Source: Gammaproteobacteria bacterium (GTDB lineage: Bacteria > Pseudomonadota > Gammaproteobacteria > Eutrophobiales > Eutrophobiaceae). Taken from it: 64,000 nucleotides of DNA. Made by a program: the position numbers and the translations under genes. How positions within the stretch are numbered: the stretch's first letter is position 1; each line of letters starts with the position of its first letter. Location of the stretch: positions 2,496,001-2,560,000 of the forward strand of contig OZ244905.1 of assembly GCA_965221695.1 (NCBI GenBank). Direction: 5' to 3'. Of this stretch, positions 60,005 to 64,000 are shown piece after piece. Below the pieces are notes generated by a model that did no database searches, was not told where the DNA came from, and saw only the letters and a program-made list of their open reading frames with translations.

Positions 60005-60517
60005 TTGATAATGAACAAACAGCGTATTCTCTTGGATTTGGACCTGGAGCCGATCATCGTCAAAGCGATGGATGCGGACGAAGGTCATGGATGGTCTTTT
60101 GGATTTGCCGGCAGGGTCGCACAAGAATACCGCAAGTTTCTGGTTCTCTGTTTTGAAAACCCTGATGTGCCCGTCGTGCCTTCAAGTTATGTCGATGACT
60201 TCTGGCACCTGCACATACTTGACACACAAAAATATATGGAGGACTGCGAGCAGTTTTTGGGTTACATGTTGCATCACTTTCCTTATTTCGGAATGAGGGG
60301 TGAGGAGGATGCACATAATCTGCGCGTCGCATGGGAGAACACGCTGGCATTATATGAATCAACATTCGACGCATCCGCCCCCTCCGACCTATGGCCGAAA
60401 TCCAACCGTTGCCCCAATTGCGGGCGTCGTTGCAGAAAAGGGGACAATGGATTAATCAAACAGCCGTTCTTTGATGAACGAAGACCCAGACTAGCCGATG
60501 CGGGTCTTTCCTTATAG
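60005..60517 (+). CDS. Glycine-rich-domain-containing (GRDP-like) protein
   Basis: 'EYRKFLVL...VPS..VDDFWHLHILDT..Y..DC...G..LHH.P'; Cys-rich tail CPNC..RC. Confidence 0.72.
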   Translation: MIMNKQRILLDLDLEPIIVKAMDADEGHGWSFGFAGRVAQEYRKFLVLCFENPDVPVVPSSYVDDFWHLHILDTQKYMEDCEQFLGYMLHHFPYFGMRGEEDAHNLRVAWENTLALYESTFDASAPSDLWPKSNRCPNCGRRCRKGDNGLIKQPFFDERRPRLADAGLSL

Positions 60518-60575
60518 TTACGGGCAATAATATATTGGCTAATTATGTAGCAGCCGTCTGAGCCGGTAGACAGAT

Positions 60576-61433
60576 ATGAATATAAAAGGGATTTTGAAAA
60601 ATCATGGGAAGATTCTTCTCGGCATCATTTGGTTGTTCGTTATTGTGCCTGTTTCTATAGCGGCTGTCTTTTGTCTGGTTGAAGTCTCAGCTATCGATAA
60701 CAAACCTGAATTATTAAGGGGCATAGGCCTGTTTTTGCTAGGAGTAGGGATTGCGCCCCTTGGCTTGTATCTGGCATACAACCGAACCGAATCATTACAA
60801 CTCCAGACTGAAACTGAAAAGGAAAAAGCTGTTACCGATGCATTTGCAAAATCGGTTGAATTACTCGGCAATGAAAGAGAGGCAGCAAGGCAAGGTGGCA
60901 TCTATGCTTTGGGGAGGTTGGCAGACGAGAATCCGAGACTCCATCCTATGATTATGGATATTGTTGCTTCTTATGTAAGACAAGAAAGCCGGCGTTGGTA
61001 TAAAGAAAGAGAGAATGAAAAATATGGATCTGAGGCAGTAAATCGGCTCATTGACAAGAGCGAACTGATAGACCTGCTTAGTTCGGAACCCATGCCCATG
61101 GATGTCGAAGCAGCCATCGCAGTAATTAGGGAGAGAAAAGTGGAGCATGATAAAAAACCTGGAGAAGGGGAATACCTCTTAGATTTATCCAATGCTTATA
61201 TCTTCAATGCCGATTTCAGCAATACCAAACTGTCAAGGTCTAATTTCTCCGACAGCGTTTTGATGAACTGTGTTTTTGGCAAGACAGATTTATCTGAATC
61301 CAATTTTGTCGCATCTAATCTGAAGGGATCGTCCCTGTTACAAAATCAGCTCGATAGTGTTGGAGATTTTAACGACGACACAGTATTTCCAGAAGGGATA
61401 TCCCCACCAGAAAACAATGATGAGCGCCTTTAA
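60576..61433 (+). CDS. Membrane-anchored pentapeptide repeat protein
   Basis: Two TM segments, 'F.K.VE.LG....RQGGIYAL.RLA', then A(D/N)LS-type repeats. Confidence 0.78.
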   Translation: MNIKGILKNHGKILLGIIWLFVIVPVSIAAVFCLVEVSAIDNKPELLRGIGLFLLGVGIAPLGLYLAYNRTESLQLQTETEKEKAVTDAFAKSVELLGNEREAARQGGIYALGRLADENPRLHPMIMDIVASYVRQESRRWYKERENEKYGSEAVNRLIDKSELIDLLSSEPMPMDVEAAIAVIRERKVEHDKKPGEGEYLLDLSNAYIFNADFSNTKLSRSNFSDSVLMNCVFGKTDLSESNFVASNLKGSSLLQNQLDSVGDFNDDTVFPEGISPPENNDERL

Positions 61434-61451
61434 CGAGAGTATATCCTGATT

Positions 61452-62439
61452 TTAACAAATCAACTTGCTGCCTATTCGCAGGTTCAACTGTTGCGCAGCG
61501 TTGCCGCCGTTGACGGCGATTTCGACCAGTCCTTGTGAGTTTCCGTACCAGAACGCGCTGCCGCGGGGGACGGAAGAGAAGGTGTGCGCGTGCGGAACCG
61601 TGATGCTATTTGCCCGGATTGTCCTGTTATTGGCGAGTGTCTCGGTCCTGAGTCCGGTCATGCAATTGCCAAAGTGGTCGATGTAGACGAGCTCCTCCAG
61701 GTCGTCTGGCCAGCCATGCCGATCGTTCCAGGGAATTGTCGGGCCTATGTCCTGATTGTTCCTGAGCATGGCCACTGCCGGCGCATACAAATCCCGGCCG
61801 TGAAAGCTGGCTGACAGGGTTTCGGGTTGCCAGTCGATGCGCCGGCAATGTACGCTTGAACTGCGCCGGCACACAATATCGAACAAGCCGTTGTCCGGGC
61901 CCACATACCATTGCTTGTCCGCTTCGAGCGCCACGGGCGGGTCATCGAAACTGCCGACACTAGTACTCTTTCAACTTAATTTTGACATATTCAGCGGGTC
62001 GGGAAGTGGTTGAGCGCAAGGCGCGGCGCGCAGGGAATGGCGCGCCCTTCGCAAGCGGCGCAACGACGCGGGCGAGTGCTTCCCGGCCCGCCCGCAGGGA
62101 GCCACACAGCGACGCCAATACGGCGTTGCAGCCCTTGGCAAGGGCGCGCCATTCCCGGCGGGCTGCGCCTTGTCTTGGCGTCGCTGTGAGGCTCTGAATA
62201 TGTCAAAATTAAGTTGAAAGAGTACCAGGATCGACGACAGAGAAGAAAATCGTTCCCGGTTCTGCCGCAATGGCCTGGCTGAACGCGGCCAGCAGATATG
62301 CCGAGGCTTTCGGATTGTTACGCGGTGCGTCAGCCAGCAGGTTGACGACTTTTTCTCCCGGCACAAAACGGTGTAATACCGCTTCCACCTGTCCCAGGTA
62401 GAGGCCATTCAGCCCGTAGTCTGTGAACAGCGCGATCAT
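61452..62439 (-). pseudogene. SAM hydrolase/SAM-dependent halogenase (DUF62) family gene interrupted by a MITE
   Basis: 'MIALFTDYG...VVDPG' | insertion | 'VGS...GPDNG...FHGRD...YIDHFGN...VEIAVN'; removing the insert restores DPGVG. Confidence 0.88.
61964..62224. mobile_element. Family C MITE, 261 bp, perfect 31-bp TIRs, highly self-complementary interior
   Basis: TACTCTTTCAACTTAATTTTGACATATTCAG ... CTGAATATGTCAAAATTAAGTTGAAAGAGTA; flanks CTAG/CCAG. Confidence 0.92.
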
Positions 62440-63131
62440 ACGCCGGTAACGAACTGCAATACCTTGTCCATCCAGGTGTTGATTACGCGGTATTGGGAGT
62501 CTCCAACCTCAAGTATCTGCGCCGCGTTCTGCACATAAGTGGAAGGCTGTAACTCGTCCCGACAATGTTGAACCAGGGATCGTGCGCTTGCAGGCGTAGT
62601 TTCCAGGTGAAACTGCATACCGATGACCCGCTGTCCCAGTTGGAATGCCTGGTTCTGACAAGCGACGCTTGATGCAAGCAGCGTCGCTCCTTCTGGCAGG
62701 TTGAAGGTTTCCCCATGCCAGTGAAACACGGGCAACTCCGGGGGGAACGCAAATGGCTGTCCTGCGCCGCCAGCCGCGTTCCCTACAACCGGGAACCAGC
62801 CGATTTCTTTTTCAGGGTTAGGCCGAACGGCAGCGCCCATCGCGCCGGCGATCAACTGCGCGCCGAGGCAGATACCGATTACCGCCTTGTTCATTTCGAT
62901 GGCCGCGCGGATAAACTGTTTTTCCTTTACAAGCCAGGGATACGCGTCTTCGTCATTGACACTCATTGGCCCGCCCATGATAATCAGCAGGTCGAGGCTG
63001 CTCGGCTCCGGCAGGGCCGGATCATCGAAAAACCGAGTTACCGTGACGTCCGCGCGTATCGATTGCAACCAGGTCTCGATACTGCCTAACCCCTCAAAAG
63101 GAACATGTTGCAGGTAGTGAGCTTTTATCAC
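62436..63131 (-). CDS. Type 1 glutamine amidotransferase (GMP-synthase-like)
   Basis: 'LQHVPFEGLG', 'MGGPMSV', 'GICLGAQL', 'FHWHGETF', 'MQFHLE'. Confidence 0.9.
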   Translation of the reverse strand: MIKAHYLQHVPFEGLGSIETWLQSIRADVTVTRFFDDPALPEPSSLDLLIIMGGPMSVNDEDAYPWLVKEKQFIRAAIEMNKAVIGICLGAQLIAGAMGAAVRPNPEKEIGWFPVVGNAAGGAGQPFAFPPELPVFHWHGETFNLPEGATLLASSVACQNQAFQLGQRVIGMQFHLETTPASARSLVQHCRDELQPSTYVQNAAQILEVGDSQYRVINTWMDKVLQFVTGV

Positions 63132-63313
63132 ATTTTCCTCAATGGACGGAATTGAATCTCTCCCCTACTGCGCAGACATTGGCCGACGCCAACGAGCAAC
63201 GCGACGGGCGGAAACCGGATACCTGATGGCTGGATGTCACATGCCGCCAGAGAGTTTGCAATCACCTCATTATGTTATAATTTTCAACAACTACAAGACC
63301 TTTTTTCAAAGCA

Positions 63314-63535
63314 GTGAAGACCTTATATCTTGCTCGGAAGAACAACGGACCCCGCAGGGACTGGTTCCCTGTAGCACAGTTGGGAGCTGATGAAGAAGCC
63401 CGAAAAGAACAGGCAAGCTGGCAGGAGGGCTGGACTCAAGCTTGTGGCGTCTGGAAAGATCGGGAAGACATTGAGTCGTATATCGCTGACTATCGCGCTG
63501 AACTGGACGCCAGGATTGACGACCTGAAGCAGTGA
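63314..63535 (+). pseudogene. Probable chimeric relic ending in a VapB-type antitoxin C-terminus
   Basis: C-terminal 'ACGVWKDREDIESYIADYRAE' resembles antitoxin tails and overlaps a PIN start (GTGA); the N-terminus looks unrelated. Confidence 0.45.
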
Positions 63536-63711
63536 ACCATACCCTCCTTGATAACTGCATTGTCATCGATTATCTGCGGCAAAATGATCAGGCAGTCAGT
63601 TATATCCATGACTTGACGGCGACGGCGCAGTTATCAAGCATAACTGTCATGGAACTCTATGCGGGAATCAGGGGGCAACGAGAGGCAGCGCAAACGGGCT
63701 GGTCGACATGA
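63532..63711 (+). pseudogene. Truncated PIN-domain (VapC) toxin
   Basis: 'LLDNCIVIDYLR...LSSITVMELYAG' stops after 59 aa. Confidence 0.7.
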
Positions 63712-63753
63712 TACAGTGCCAAATTACAGACTGATTTGCCTGATTTTTATAAT

Positions 63754-63935
63754 AAAGGGTCGCCCTGCGGGCGACATAGTATTTGACTGGACTCCCGCTT
63801 TCGCGGGAGTGGTATGGTGAATAGGCGATACAGTGTTCGACTGGACTCCCGCTTCCCGGCCTGCCCCTTTATGGCGTTGAGCAGGGACGGGAGTGGTACG
63901 AAGGAATGCCCTGGTCTGTGCCAATAGTTACATAC
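63754..63935 (-). repeat. Two tandem partial family B elements plus tail
   Basis: GGGTCGCCCTGCGGGCGAC, ACTGGACTCCCGCTTTCGCGGGAGTGGTA; second REP has an insert of about 30 nt in its loop; tail GGAATGCCCTGGTCTGTGCCAATAGTTACAT. Confidence 0.75.
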
Positions 63936-64000
63936 ATATGTGTTTGAGCTTGCAGGTAAGCTCAAACATGATGTCTACCGCTGTCAGGAATTTGGCTTCC

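Noticed and set aside
61971-62408. Short ORFs within or crossing the MITE
   Set aside because: Artefacts of the GC-rich element; no transposase motifs

Overview
A 64-kb chromosomal window from a moderately GC-rich gammaproteobacterium (inferred from mnmG/rsmG/parA/parB and three TonB-dependent receptors). The housekeeping block mnmG-rsmG-parA-parB is split by a 6.7-kb insert and is surrounded by accessory DNA. This includes several uncharacterised catabolic clusters: two intact hydantoinase/oxoprolinase A+B pairs and one eroded one, LeuCD-like dehydratase, CoA-transferase, 6-oxocamphor-hydrolase-like crotonase, LLM oxygenase, a reductive-dehalogenase-like FeS/cobalamin protein with a small membrane partner, and an orphan salicylate synthase. 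There are also toxin-antitoxin-type genes (HicAB-like, two Fic, HEPN/MNT, two VapC relics). The most unusual signal is non-coding: at least four families of tiny non-autonomous elements with no transposase in the window. Two families with unrelated arm sequences both occur as 29-bp 11-7-11 palindromes with nearly the same spacer (GATTAAG/AATTAAG). One is nested inside an older copy of itself with a 4-bp duplication. One family also forms a run of seven abutting hairpins, and a full-length 261-bp member of the other family has disrupted a SAM hydrolase/halogenase-family gene. Several chimeric or truncated gene relics lie next to these elements. No rRNA, tRNA or CRISPR array was recognised. All protein calls rest on motif recognition by eye; no database searches were run.
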